NCBI GenBank assembly: GCA_026023565.1
Contig: JAPETS010000030.1
Coordinates: 248,001-312,000 of the forward strand
From: Cirrosporium novae-zelandiae
Lineage: Eukaryota
DNA length: 64,000 nucleotides
Direction: 5' to 3'
Both the position numbers and the translations under genes were made by a program. Shown in pieces: positions 39,801 to 54,511 of this stretch; the stretch's first letter is position 1, and every line of letters starts with the position of its first letter. Below the pieces are notes generated by a model. The model ran no database searches. It saw only the letters and a program-made list of their open reading frames with translations, and was not told where the DNA came from.

Positions 39801-42663
39801 TAAACGTAGAGCTAGTTCTTCGGCCTTATCCTGATTTTCAAAGTTGGCCATACATAGCGCGCGTGCCCAGACAACCAAGAGATAGCTACAGGCACTTTCA
39901 AGGTGAAGATCACTCTCTTTTCGTGATGTCATGTATTCAAGAACGACGCCATATGGACCATCCTCATCCAGGAGATCCTCGCCGGAAAGTCGTCCATGAA
40001 GGTGTTTATCTGCTAGCTGAACCAAACTTGCATTTAGCCTTGACTCATTAACATTCAGACCTTTGCTCAACTGTCGGACCGCGGCAGCCTTATCAGAGAT
40101 AGCAGATGCCATCCATCCCAGAAGTTCAAGGGCCATATTCTTTGCTGGAGCGGCACTCTTGTCACTATCTGCAAGTCGGAGAAATTGAACCATAAGAACA
40201 CGCAACAGTATTTCAGCAGACGGCCAATCTGTAGACCCAAGAACCTGTAAAAGGTCTTGCGTGAAGAGATCAAGAAGCTGCCGATAGGGTTGATCGCCTG
40301 ATTTTGTAGACGTTAGTGCTCGCTGCACGAAAAAACTGGCAATATAGTTTGCGCTCGACGTAGTATTCCTGTGAAGAGACTCAATCTCTCGTTGAAGGTT
40401 TTGCAATGCAGAACCATTACTTTTTAAACGAGAATTTCCGCTCCGATGCCCATCCATGAGTGGTTCATCGTCAGAGCTATGGTCTGGGCTATTGCCCTCA
40501 TCACTAGAGTCGACGTCCTGGCTTGGTATACCCAGATATCCTTTTGACTTTTTCGTGGTCTCGTGGACTGGCGCAGAACTCGTTTGGACTAGTTGCATTA
40601 TTAAGGCTGTTATAAGTTGTATATTTGTACCATCACCGAGTTTGAATTGTCTTGCGCTTTGCTTTGTTGAAGGAAGCTTTTCCAAGGAGGCTAATATTTC
40701 ATCAAGTATGAAGGTGCGTTGCGACGCATACCTTGCGAATATGCGGGAAAGGAGATCCATTGTAGTTCGACGTAAAATCTCATACCTTTGTATCCCAAGA
40801 GCAGAATCTTTCTCAGAATGAGCGTTTTCCGCAAATATGGCCTTGCAGCACAAGAATTCAGTGGTTGTAATAGCGGTCTCCGCAACTTCAACGCTGCTAA
40901 AAAGATCAGCCAGATATCTCATGACGTTTCCAGTATGGTGAAATAGCATTGATAAAGATCTCTTCTGGGAAGAAGCAAATTTAAAAACAGTACTTCCATT
41001 TCGAAGTTCAACAATCGGGAGGAGACAGTGGTCGAGGACGTGGCTAAGCATATCCAAAATACTTTGTAGGAGCTCTTCCGGATATAGCTGTGTCTCTTCA
41101 CGTCCTCCGATCATGATCTTTAGAACCGTTCGTGCAGACAAAAGGCCAGTCTCGATAGCAACCACTTGCTGACGCCAATGTTCTAAATTCCCATCATTCC
41201 AGTCATCATCAACCCTGAAATCAGTTGCTTGAGTTGAAGATATACTAGCCTCGCACAGCTTCTGAATTCTACTTAGGTTCTCAACAGGAACTTCTCCGAA
41301 TCGTTTGAAAGACACAACTCGTGATATTAGGTTCTCAAGCTTAGTATGGACCTTTGGTGAAAGTGTTGCTGAACCTTGTTCACCAAGAGCCATAGGCAAG
41401 AAGAAAGAGGCCACCTCAGCAGATGCTGAGCCAAAATCCGACTGGATTTGGTCTTCGGCTTCAAACACATCCTGTAAATAGTCCTGTAAAGCTGCTGATG
41501 CTGCATTGGCCTTTTCTTTCTGATCTAACATTAATTGGGTCCGGGCTTGGTTGTCCCCATCAGCCTCGTCTCTCTTTCTTTTCTTTGAAGGGATTATTTT
41601 CGAAGTTTGGGCAAGTATTCGGGCATCATCATTTGGCAGTGTAGCATAAACCTGCCGTTGAGTATCGACAATTAGTGGAACGGCTACTTTAAAGGGAATA
41701 TTACTTTGGGGTGGTGTATGAGAAGATTCTGAGGCGGATGGGGCTTCATTCTGCTGGTATGCCTTTTGATTGACGAGGACGTATTGCGCTTGGAGTGTAG
41801 TGGGCGTAGGCTGTTCTGGTATTGGTTTACGACTCGCTACTGTCTTTGGTGGACTTTGGGCTCGTTCTGACGGTGGGCTCAAAGATGAAGGTGTAGGATC
41901 TGTTCAATGTCACTATTAAAAGCCACTCAGCAACCATGTTAAGGTTGACGCAACATACAGCGATATTCCACCGCCGTAAACTCAAGAACCATATTTTCAA
42001 ATGCTCCTAGCTGAGTTGAGCTGAGAGATATCCCGTTTGTATGATTTGGAGCTGTGGGATTAGTGGAGCCGTGGGCAGAAGGAACCTTGAACTTGCTAAA
42101 CCAGACATAAGATTATGTTCATCGTCATCTCATTTTTGATCCACGACTCACAATTCTGATATCTCATCTGGATCAAGTAGTTGCTGTAAGCTCTGTATGA
42201 CCTGCCGGCCGAGGTTCGAGGAAGGATTATAAGAGGCTTCAGAGTCAAGGTACTTTAATATCTGGTCCGTCGTAGATCTTTCTTGAGGTGTAAGGAGGGA
42301 GACATGGGAGCTGGACTGGCGGATTGAAGGCAACGCTATAACATCTATAGAAACATCATGTCAGTAAACGAAGTTATGGTGCATGATGCACGTGGTTGGT
42401 GTAGAAGAATCAATCAAGGAAAGAAGGTTGAGAAAGTTAAGTTCGTTACCAGAATTGAAGGGAACGACTGAAGAAAATGGGGAATACTGAAGAGCCTGAT
42501 TGACGTCTAATGGCTTTCTCAGAATTTTCTTCTCTACAGTCCCATAGGAACCATTTGTGGCGTTTGCTGTATATGGTTGAGGCCGCACTGCTGCATGCGG
42601 GTGCGGAAGAGGGTGCGGAGGAGGGAGCGATGACACTCCCATAACATTGTAACGGCCATCCAT
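36876..42663 (-). CDS. SCC2: Cohesin loader Scc2/Mis4/Nipped-B (5' exons 42663-~42450 and ~42346-~41959, then a long exon)
   Basis: ALQYSPFSS N-terminus; HEAT repeats with VRSRSMKS, VRDSAL, VGVRKRAMK and QGLLHPKEC. Confidence 0.92.
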
Positions 42664-43242
42664 GGTTTATTCGAGATGACAGTATCCGCGTGTTCTTAGG
42701 CTCCATCCATGGAACTTGCGACAGCTACAAGGGCTGTTTTCCCAGAGATCGAAACACGGTCGAGGTGGCTTCGGGCTTCTATGTAGGTGCAGCTTTGATC
42801 CAAATCTATGTCTTGCTCTGCCTTAAACTGAACGACGCGGATTGGCCAGAGAGCGGTCCTTGCTTAACGCTGATCCAAGTCTTGGCTTTAAACGTTCTTG
42901 GGTATGGGTTCATGGGTTCGCCGTACCCTGGTCCTATGACGATCTCAACATCACAGACTATGAATATCTACAGTATGAGTATTGTTATCAACTAATTTGG
43001 TTTTCTGATTTTCTTCGCATTGCTATCTAGCAGGCAACTATTTGACACAAAAGGCCTAGACACACAATGGTTTCCTGTATTGTGACTCGTGAGTAGATAC
43101 GGCAGAGAAAGACCAGCCATGTAAAGATTCTGACACTAACACTTTACTTTCCAAAAAAACATGGAACAAAATCAAAAAATTCCAGACAGGATTGATTTAC
43201 TTATAAATATAATTTATAGAGGCAAAAAAATATTTTAATATG

Positions 43243-43314
43243 CACGAAACGTGAGACTCGAACTCACAACCCCCAGATTAGAAGTCTGGTGCGCTACCAT
43301 TGCGCCAGTTTCGC
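43243..43314 (-). tRNA. tRNA-Arg(UCU), intronless
   Basis: Cloverleaf: acceptor GCGAAAC/GTTTCGT, D-loop TGGTA, anticodon arm CCAGA-CTTCTAA-TCTGG, T-loop GTTCGAG; 72 nt. Confidence 0.95.
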
Positions 43315-43852
43315 TGGTTTGTTGGCTACAAAGAAACTATTAGAGATTATATTTTTAGAGTAAAGTTTAAAAATGCTGCCCGAAACAGGATTGGTTGGGA
43401 GCCGAAACGAAATACAGCTCACCCTGGTTAAGTTTGGACCTTGAAAGATTCTTCCAACGTATATCCTAGCCTGGTTTCTACATAGAAAGAATCCCTAGAT
43501 CTTTCTGAGTTTAAATGACCAATAATCATGTCCCATGAAAGTAACGAGGCTCGCTCTGATAATATGCCCTCGAACCTTTAATGTTATTCCTACCTAGATA
43601 TCTCTATTATTTAAATTTGCCTAGGTATCCGATGTTCGGTCTCAGGACAAACATTTCTGAGTTTAATTGTCTAGAACACATCTTCTTACGCAGGAATTGA
43701 GGCTAGAATTGAATAATACGTGCTAATGTGGTGCCTACTTACGACGAAAAGAATACTCGGTTTTGGATCGGCTCTTGAAGAAGTCTATTCATCTGCTCAT
43801 AACTTCTCATCAACACATATATCATATCTATCATACTCGATTATTTCAGTTA

Positions 43853-46800
43853 TCAAACCCCCAGTAAGCCTTTCCTCAAACCGTCCACCGTTTCTTTCAA
43901 AATCTTGGGCTGCATCGACCAATTAGTTTTCTTTAACTGCTCCTCCTCACATACCATGCTTAGGGCATCTGCAGCTGCATTTCTGACACCCGGAAACGGA
44001 TGCAACAGCATACTTACTAGTTTCTTCATCGCTTCATCTTTAATAGATGGGATTTCTAATAGGTGAATATAGATTTTGGGTGCTGTTTCAAGTTTTTGGA
44101 TATTTGTTGATTTGTAGTGAGACTTTTGGATGAGAGAGAGGAGGGTCCGGAACCTAGGAAAAATTCTACATTAGTTGTTGCTACATTTTAGTGGGATCCT
44201 ATTTTAAAATATAATAACGTACTTGAAATTCGTCCCCACAAGTGGCGTTAACATGTCGTTGTAGCATAAGAACGCGATAGTCTCGAGAGTGGGTGCCAGG
44301 ATACGGTCGTTTGATAGATTACGTTTTAGGACCTCCAACATTGCATTCCAAAAAGTTAATAAAATCCTGTTTGTATCTCCTGTTTCTAGAGAATTCACCA
44401 GGTACTGGATCAGCGCAAACCTAGAGGCTTTAAGCGTAGACTCAGCGCCTGCACCGACAGTTGTGACATAACCTTCCAGGAAAGGAGTAATGAGAGTGGG
44501 AACATGAAGAAGGGAGAGAATATGTGTGAAATATGGGACCGAGGAGGTTTGGTTGAGATGGGGGAAAGTGTTTGACTGAGGTGGAAATGTCATGGACGAT
44601 TGTAGAGAATTCCATACTACTTCAAGACAAACCCAGGCCCGGAATCGGACTTTATCGAGCTTCTCTGCGGCGAGTCTGACAACAGGTGATATGGTCCTCT
44701 CTTTGTAGTCATTTTCTTCTAATAAATTTTGTTCCCATGCCACACGAACTGCCTTAATGGCTTCAAGGCGAACGAGTGATCCGATATCACCTCTCTGGTC
44801 TGAGGTGTAATCATTCAGAGAGCTGCCAATGATATTGACAATATTGGGTGATACTATACCAAAACTTAAAACTCCCTCTGTAAGGCTTTGAATCGACGCA
44901 ACTCTTGACTCTATATCAACACCCGGACGAGAAGCTTCGATAAGGGTATCTACTATCAAACTCTGCTCGGGAGATAGATCTTTGCTATTCTCAGATGGAA
45001 GGTATCGGAATATTGCACCAAGAGCTAAAATATAGGCGAAATGGTGGACTCCAACTGAATATGTACCAAGGTTAGATATAACCTGACTGACCCAAGAGTG
45101 GCATAGCTCCTTTCGTTGAGATTTCGTAGTGGTTGCAAAAAGGGAAGATACAGCTGATGTTACGGATTTGACAACAACTTCTTCCGTGCGGCTTAGACAG
45201 ACAGACAAAATATCAATAGCTTTGGCAATCGATGACCGAGGAGGAGAAGATAACAAGGCAGGTCTAGATTCGGTGGCGGTAGATGCCTCGGTCATTGACG
45301 CAATCAACGAACATGCTGCCTCTGCTGAGAGATCGGGGCGTAGAGTGTGAGCATCGAGGTCGTCTCTCGATACGATTACGTTACCATTAAACAATTCCCA
45401 CATGTTAAAAATTTCGGAATCCGTGTTCAAGGTCGGTGGTGATGGTGTTGTCTTCCGCCCTTTCTCCAAGGTTCCTTGTACCGACTGAATTACCCGAGAT
45501 AGGGATATGAGTAGCCCGTGGCGGAACTCGACATCATTGTGAGAGACAATAGAAAGCAGATCCTTAATTTTATGAAGCACATAGCTCAAGGAAGTTGGCA
45601 TGTCCAACACAGCTAGCTCTCCTAATGCAGATGCCGCCCATCGACGAGGATCGGCATTTGGTGATCCACAGCCCCTCCATCCTAGGTGGCCATCAACAAG
45701 CGCACGCCAATATGTCTTCTCGAGGCTTGCGGCACCCAGAGTAACGTCAATCATAGCTTTTGATCGAAGGGATACAGCATGGTAGTCCACCGTTTGAACA
45801 AGGAAAATTCCGCAAGCTATCTCATCTGGATGACGGCCGATTAACTCTTGCAGGGCAGCTGATGAGCCACGTCGGATATTTCCTGCGGGATCAAGACACC
45901 CTGTAACGACTAGCTCAACCGCCAGTGCCTGTAAGATACTGTCTTTCCCCTCATATCCACCATTGAGTTCAACGAGGGCCCTGATGGGCACAGCAAGAAG
46001 CTCTTTGGTAGTGTATTTCCTCGAGAGTGCCCAAACACCAAAGCATGCAGCATCCCGAACACTAGTTCCCACCGAAATCCCTGTTGCAGAACGTTGCTCG
46101 AATCCGAGGGCAGGCACCAGGGCGGAAATAATTTGCGGGAGCTGTTCTGGAGAAGGCGAACGTCTAAAAAGAAGTTGTGCCAACGTCAAGGCTAGACCTT
46201 GCCATCTCAATGGATTCACTGCAGTTAGATTTTGCCTCATTTTTGCCTTTTGAGAAGAGGTTACTTCGGCATTTGAGAAAATAATACCAGTCGCTAAATC
46301 TTCCCAAAGTAGGTCTTCAGCCATGGTAGTTATGACAGCTTTTGCAATTTGAGCTGCAAACTCCAGATCAAGGTTGGTGGTAATGACGCTCAAGGCTTTG
46401 CTAGATGCGAATCGAACAGGAGTATCTTTGTCAGCAAGGGAAGTGAGAAGATGGTCAATTACATCTTCTAGTTCTGGGGGTATGACGCTGGGGCCCAAAG
46501 CCCCTCCAGCTCTAGCATCGGGTTTGAGCTGCAGTAGAGTAAGAGCACGTGAGGTCTTGATTATTAGTTTTCTGTTTAATGCTGAAGATCTTATCGAAAG
46601 TGGAAGAGTGCCTTCTCCATCATTAATCTGGCCAAGGACCTGAAAAATATGTGGAATGAAAGGTTTTAAAATCTTCCTTTCAGCAGACGACGATATACCC
46701 GAAATGAATGACAGAGAACCAGTATACACATAGGCAGATTGAGAAGCAGAGTCAATAGTAGTAGTTTGCAATAAAGATAACATCCATTGCAAAAGACATT

Positions 46801-47653
46801 GAAACAACCTATATTGTTGCATGTCTGGCCTCAGGGAGAGTCTGACTAACACGGATTGAGCCGCTTCTCTATCCTTACTAGGTGCAAAAATATATTGCAC
46901 GGATATATCTAGGGCACGGTAGACTACCGATGGAAGGTCTGAAGGGAGATTGGGAATTGATTTATTGACAGTCAAGGTCTCAAAAGCATCTGGCGAGGGA
47001 TTTGAGATGGAAGAAATGCTCGCCAAGTCAAAAGGGGTCAACAGTAGAAGCGATAGCCAGTTCAACATAACATATCGCTCTTCCCATATCAGGTTCTCTG
47101 AGGAAATCTCTATAGAATCAACCATAGGTGGTTGATGAGCATCCCATTGTAAAAAGGCATCCATCATGGGCTCCAGATATCGGGGCTCATTATTGAAGAA
47201 GCGACTAATAATCTTTACACCACGAATCTTGCAGAGTGTGTAGATGAGTGAGCTGATGGCCCTTGGCAAAGGCATAAAGCCAGAGCTGCTCCCATTTCCA
47301 CGTGTAAGAGAGTGATATTTGTCTTTATATAATCCCAGGTAAGCTAGAAATGCATCCACAAGCAAGGGTACGGTGCTATTCAGATGTGGATCCAACAGCT
47401 GCGGCCACTCTTGGAATGGTTCCAACTAAAGATGATCAGATGGAAAGTCTAAGGGATTCTGGGGATCTAAGGGACTCACCAGCTGCCGTAAATGCTCGAC
47501 TGTCTTGGTCTTAGCTGACAGCCGAGGTTGTGGAGCCTGAGAGAGTTTGGTATGTTTCTTCCAGAGAAGGTTGGGTAATTCATCATGAAAGTCCTTTATC
47601 AAATCCCCACTTGCTTTTTGCAGTTTAATATCGCGGTCCTCGGAAACATTCAT
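43853..47653 (-). CDS. Tubulin-folding cofactor D (Cin1/Alp1), multi-exon
   Basis: EPFQEWPQLLDPHL, CKIRG.K, VRDAACF..WAL.R, NIRRGSSAALQELIGRH, RGDIGSLVR, EKLDKVR, LLHPFP.VR. Confidence 0.9.
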
Positions 47654-48077
47654 TGCAAAGATTAAAATATCAATTTATTGGATGATTTTGGTATCATGTT
47701 ATTCGATAACGGTTATCGGCGGAGAGGAAAACCAAGTGAGTGGACATCTAGGACATCTGGAGATGGGGGGTTTAACCGAACTTTAAGGTACTGAACCCCC
47801 ATATTGGTGGTGGGGTGCGTGGGTTGAACCCAGAAGGATGCCTCGTGCCCGTGCCTCTAAGAGTAGTTCGGCTTAAATGCCGGCAATACGTCACAAAATA
47901 ACCTCCAGGAATTTGGGATTATCTCCGCCTCCGCTTCTATTATTCCTACTATTCTTTACCAATACAACCAATTCCACTCACAATAATTAATCACACGACT
48001 CTAATAATCTTACACAGATCTTTTTAAATATTCATACCGCATGTTATATCGGTAACCCTTCGATTCCACTTGTGGTC

Positions 48078-49319
48078 ATGTCCACATCCTTTGCAAATCA
48101 TGCATCTTCCCCGGTACAGCCCCGGCAGATCCAAGAAATGGAGTCTGCGCGAAACACAAAGGAACGGCGCCCACCCCCAATATATCCCACTGACAACGAG
48201 ACAACGATAGCAAAGAAGCCTCAAAGACAGAAACAGCTTGACAAGCAGAGTTTTCAATATGTGATAAGGAGTGGCATTGCAGGCGCAATGGCAGGTTGTG
48301 CGGTATGTGAACGTAGGACAAATTCTGGATAAACGGCATTGCTGACTAGTCTGACATAAAAGGCAAAAACCATTGTCGGACCCCTAGATCGAGTCAAGAT
48401 ACTTTTCCAGACTTCCAATCCCGATTTTCAGAAGTATGCTGGGAGTTGGAATGGACTGTTTAGGGCCTTACGAGATATATACTCGGGAGAAGGTAGTCGT
48501 GGGTTATTTCGTGGACACTCTGCTACACTTTTACGCATTGGACCTTATGCCGGTATCAAATTCCTTGCCTACGAACAGATCCGAAATGTTATAATTCCTT
48601 CAAAAGAATATGAAACACAGCTTCGCCGACTCATAAGCGGCTCACTCGCTGGCATGACATCGGTCCTTTTCGCCTACCCTTTAGAAGTTGTCCGTGTTCG
48701 ACTTGCTTTCGAGACAAAGCGAGATTCTCGGTCTTCTCTAACAAGAATATGCAAAGAAATCTACCATGAAGCGCCGTCCATCCCCTCTCGGCCGTCGATA
48801 AATCTCACCTCTTCTATTTCATCTACAGTGGCGACAGGTGCTGCTACAACAGTCTCAAATATTGCATCTCGGACTGGAATTGCAAATTTCTATCGGGGCT
48901 TTGCTCCAACCCTAATCGGCATACTCCCATATGCTGGGGTGTCTTTCTTGACTCATGATACAGCTTCTGATTGGCTCCGTCATCCCTTAATTGCGGAATA
49001 CACGACAATTCCTGCACCACCTGAGAACCCTCATCCACCTCTGATCTATTGGGCACAACTATCTGCTGGTGGACTTGCGGGCCTTGTAGGTCAAACAGCC
49101 TCATATCCGCTTGAAATCATAAGGAGGAGGATGCAGGTAGGCGGAGCACTGGGAAACCACGAAAGACTGGGAATGATTGAAGTAACGTCAAGAATATGGA
49201 AAGAGCGGGGATGGAGGGGTTTTTATGTGGGACTTGGGATAGGATATATCAAGATCGTTCCAATGGTGGCAACAAGCTTTTTTGTTTATCAAAGAATGAA
49301 GTTATATATGGGTATATGA
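48078..49319 (+). CDS. LEU5: Mitochondrial carrier, CoA transporter (Leu5/SLC25A42-like); intron ~48303-48362
   Basis: Three carrier signatures PLDRVK, PLEVVR, PLEIIRRRMQ; GHSATLLRI.PYAGIKF..YEQ. Confidence 0.85.
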
Positions 49320-51588
49320 TGCACGCCTACTAGAGGTCAAGAAAAGAGGGGTATACAACATTTTTTGGCGCTCGGGGTCTATTCTTAGGTAGGGGGGAAT
49401 TCTGCCCTTCACGGCTAGGGTATAGGGCTTTCTAAAGGTTTTCAGAGTCTTGTACCTACCGTGTTTTGGATAGTGCAGTCATGACAGTTTTATTAGTGTT
49501 GTAGAGTAGAGATCCAGGAATGTACTATATTCTGGGTAGTATTTCTAGACTAGTCTGTTGAATTGCTTTTGCACAGTTCAATACAAGCGGAATTACAAAC
49601 ATATGAGTGGAACAGGGAGTCTTCAAGCTGCAACGGCAGAATGATAATAAATGATGAAGGATCTCAGGCTCAAGCTCCAAGGGACCAAGGGTCTCAGATA
49701 GATAAGTGGAGTCAATCAGTGCAACACTTTCACCTAACAGCAATCGATCAATGCTTTTCAATCCTTCAAAAATTAGAGGCCCTTCCTAACATACTTTTCT
49801 ATAGTACTCTCGACCTGTCTACTAAAACGCCCTGGTCCTGCCCTATCTACCTCAAAAAGCCTTATTCGATAGTTAACCATCGTACAATCACAAATGCCGT
49901 ACCCCGTAACATCGCAGAGATTCCGTTCTCCAAGCTGTGCTCTATGGGTGATAAGATTCAATAATTATTGTGTTCCATACACGATAAAATAAGATTCATC
50001 TCTTCCGGTGCCATGGATATGGCCATTAGAGAGTTTAAAGAGAAGAAAAGTTGCAAATTCCGTAGGGAAGGGATATGGTTTCCAAGGATCCTATGATGCA
50101 TTCTATCATCTAAATAGCGACTTACTATGCAATAACTACGTTTTCTTTTTTCTGATACTGTGATACATTGTACCTCGGTCCTTTGAAAAGAGTTGGTAAT
50201 CAATAGCTAAGTCCCTTGAGACATGTTTCAGCTGCCTTTTGAGAGCCTTCAAATGCCATTTAGAGGATTGATTTTCTGTGACCTTTCTGAACCGTCTCTT
50301 TCATCCTATCTTTTCCCCTGTCAAACCCGAAGTAGCTATTCTTTTTGACACTTCCAAACAGACCAGAGCCTCTACCTTCCACGACCCGATCAAGTCCGCC
50401 GAAACGCCATTTTTGAAGATAGCGTATCCATTTGCTTCTAACCAACAGACTCCATATGCCTGTTATACGCCTTATGCACTTCACTCTAATATAGCGTTTC
50501 CAGACTCATTAATCAGAAGTCGAGGAGTTCTGCTGTATCTAGAATCTGAGGGGAAGGAGGCATTCTATCGTGAGTTAGTGGCGTGCCAATTGGAATGTCA
50601 AGTTCTTTGAAGAAAATAAGATACCATTGCAGCTTCACATACCGAAGTCTTTCTAGACTAGTCTATGATAAACCATCATGTGGTGTGGCATTGATCACTA
50701 CCAGTCAATAGGCACCATGTGATACTAGGGATATTAGATAAGAGGTAGGTGTGTGCTTTGGAAGGCGGTTTTTATCAAGTTTCTCTCTATTTCTTCCTGG
50801 ACTTTGCCCGAACAACCATTCAGTAGAGTCTTTCGAAAGAATCCAGTGAATTTCCTATTTCGAGTATCCCAAGCTTGAGTCCTGCCTTTAATGCAGGCAC
50901 CCGCATTCTTCCCATCGCTCCCCTTGTGATACTCCTAGGCCCAAGCGTCTATATGCGGGATACCTATCACGGCACTTGATCAATGTAATGACATTGTGTC
51001 GAGTGGATTGAATCATGAACCGCATGAATAACTAACTTTGTCTTATGATGAACACGGCTATATTCAAGGCGCTCCGCTCCGCCTGCCAGACGGTAGCAAT
51101 TTTTGTACTGAGTGTTTGCTTCACCTCCTCGTATGCGGTTGGATGCAGTTCATGCCTGTTGCTCTATGGATCGATTTGGCCGATGACAGTTTCAATCGGA
51201 CATAAGGAGTAAGGCAACAGATGAGTAGCTTTTCAAAGACGTTCTGTTTAGAGAATGTGTGGCTACTCTAGAGAATGGAGTTCCTCGTGGTCTTCTTCAA
51301 TTTTAGATTTTCTAACACTCTGGCGTTGGTTTTCAATAGCTCTATCTACGGTGTCTGGAGTATTGCAAGTTTGCTGTTTTCATATGAGTTCTTCATGAAC
51401 ACCTTTTCAATCAGCATTACCCTTTTACTGTCTAGTTTGCCTGGTCTACTACACTAGCAGATCGGATGTTCTTTGACGCAGCCTATCACGATCATACTCT
51501 CATCTATCTAACCTCTAACTCACTGAGCACTCATCCAGAAATATTGTACCCAGATATAGCCCCCACTTGACCCACTCCATCTCGTTTC

Positions 51589-53876
51589 ATGAGAAGAATG
51601 GCTCTTAATACAACCTTGTCTATATTTCCTCAAGTCATTCTTTATTTCCTCCTTTTTTTCCCATACCAATCTCTAGGTGACATAAAGGTGATACTTCAAC
51701 CTTCTTATGATTTTATCATCGTCGGGTGTGGGGTCAGCGGCCTCGTTGTTTCTAATCGCCTTTCCGAGGATGAATCAGTCAGTGTCTTGTGTATAGAAGC
51801 TGGATCTCAGTAAGCTGAGAGCACCTTATATTACTTGCGAGATGAAGCTTATTTGAAGTTAAAGAGATCACGATGAAGTAGAAGTATTGGTACCAAGATA
51901 TTCCGAGACTGGAATAGGCAGTGCCTACACTTGGGATCTCTGGACTACTCCTCAAGAGCAGCTCGATGGAAATTCTCGCTCAATCCCTCAAGGCAAAGCG
52001 CTTGGCGGAGGAAGCATAATCAACGGAATGGTATGGTACCGTGGAGGACAAGATGACTTTGATGCTTGGGCCTCCCTCGGGAATCCAGGTTGGTCATCGT
52101 CTGAACTACTTCCGTACTTCATGAAGGTAATGTTTCACTTGCAAGATCATATCAACCCTCATCTGATATCAGCGTCTCGTAGACCGAGAATTTCACGTCA
52201 GAACCAGATAATGCAATTGCTATGGAATACTCCATCTACGAAAACCCTGGCATACATGGTTACAGTGGACCAGTGAAAGTGAGCTATGTGAAATACCTTT
52301 ATCCACAGTCAGGTCAGTATTCAAGGAATGCTTAGTGATCGATGATCGTACTGAAATGATGCAGTCAATTTCTTCGAGGGTTTGAATTCTCTTGGAATTC
52401 CTACAGTATTCGATTCTGCATCGGCGGGCGCTACTGGTGCAGCCTTCTGCCCCGCAGATATAGATCCAAATAACCAGACACGATCCGATGCTAGAAGAAG
52501 CTATTATGATCCCTATTCCGCCAGATCGAACTTTCATGTGATCACAGGCCAGCAAGTGACTCGACTTTTGATCGACAATGTTGATAGTACTCTTATTACA
52601 GGGGTTGAGGTATGAGTGCACCAGTAATTACCCTTGCATGCAATAATAACTCGAACTATTAGTTCGCATCTAATACAACCACTGAACGGCAAACTGTTAA
52701 TGCTACTCGAGAGGTTATTATTGCGGCTGGAGCTCTTCATTCGGCTCAACTACTACAGTTATCTGGTATTGGACCACGAGCTTTACTAGAATCCTTGAAC
52801 ATTACGGTTGTTCGAGACCTGCCCGGGGTAGGCAACAATCTACAAGATCATTGTGTAGTAGGAACACTATATCCTTGTCAGTCCTGCACTATCTTGCGAT
52901 ATGAGAATGAATCTAACTAGGTCTTTAGATAATAACCAAAGCTTCCCTAATCCGCTCGAAGTTGATACCAACAAGACCTTTGATTTGCTTGCAGAGGCGG
53001 AATATTATGCAAATAAAACTGGTTAGCTTATTCCTTATCGTATAATACACAAATAGCTAACCAAATTATAACTACTAGGACCATGGACCGCAGGCCCCTA
53101 TAATGCTCTCGCATTCCCATCTCTAAACCTTGTGACCAACGACGCTGATCACATACTCCTAAACGCCAGTCTCCAAGACCCTTTAGATTTCCTCCTTCCC
53201 GACCTCGACTCAACAATAATCGCTGGCTTCGCCGCCCAGAAAACATCTCTAGTCTCCCGTCTCGGCCAAAATAACGTCGCGGCCTTTGAAATCATAAATG
53301 AGAACTGGGGTCCCCTCACCCCCGCAATAATGCATCCCCTCTCGCGCGGACGCTGCTATATCGTCTCAACAGATCCTTTCGTCTCTCCCTCCATTGATTT
53401 CCGCTGGCTCTCGAATCCCGTTGACCGCCAGATAATGCTCGAAGCTCTCTCCTTCAACGTGCGCCTCATCGGGACCGCACCAATGGCAGAGCTTGAACCT
53501 GGCCAATGGTCTCCACCTGCGAATTCCAACCTCTCTTCTCTCAACGACTTTATCAATAGTCGTGCCACCACAGAGTTCCACCCCAGCGGAACGTGCGCCA
53601 TGCTTCCTCTCAAGCTAGGCGGTGTTGTAAATCCTTGCCTGCGTGTTTACGGGCTTCGAAACCTGCGCGTTGTAGATGCTAGTATCATACCCATGATACC
53701 TGCGGGGCATCTACAAGCGATTGTGTACGCTATTGCGGAAAAGGTAAGCGATCCCTAGAAACTATTTCTTGAAGCCTATCTATCTTGCGTCATGATATAA
53801 CGAGTAAGAAAAGCTAATAAACTGTAAACCCAAGGCTGCCGATCTTATCAAAGCTGACAACAACCTTTATATCTGA
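51589..53876 (+). CDS. Secreted GMC oxidoreductase (CAZy AA3), multi-exon
   Basis: Hydrophobic leader, [62 protein letters not shown]. Confidence 0.92.
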
Positions 53877-54511
53877 TTCATCGGTACTAAAAGTTTACCA
53901 CGCATTTTCCTCATCCCATTTCGTTTCACAAGATAAGGGGGGGAAACTCCAACTTAATTACATCACATTGAACATCCAATCGGTAATCAGAACACGAAAA
54001 ACTCAGAACATCATCATCCTTCATAATATCAAACTCGTTGTTATTTGGCGTCTGAGGAAAGGGGGTCGGTCGGTCTGTCGGTTATCGATGAATCCGAACG
54101 AAGACAGGATAATTGAGGTATGGATGGATAAATGGGATGGATAGGGACATACAAGGTGGGACGCTTTATCTTCATTTTTCTTCAGTACTGTTTCATGTTT
54201 TATTAATTGTATGTGCGTGTTTAAACGAGTTAGATGGGGTTGCGATAATGATGTTCTTTTCGTGGAGTATTTACAGTTTCATGCACAGGTGATGAAGTAG
54301 AAGTTGTGCTTAATTGAAAATAAAATAGCGTGTCTAAGATGATTGAATCAAATGGAACTGTATCCAAAAGTAGCGTTATGGGTGATATATTATTGATATA
54401 AGAATTCAGGCAAAGAAAGCAAAATCGAAAAGTGACAAGCTCATCCCACCCCCCTTCAAACCCTATGTCAAAAAGCAAACCAATATTTAATGATATACTT
54501 GATTCCACCAG

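Noticed and set aside
43500..43670. 13-bp direct repeat TTTCTGAGTTTAA upstream of the tRNA
   Set aside because: No LTR, TIR or coding evidence; may be chance.
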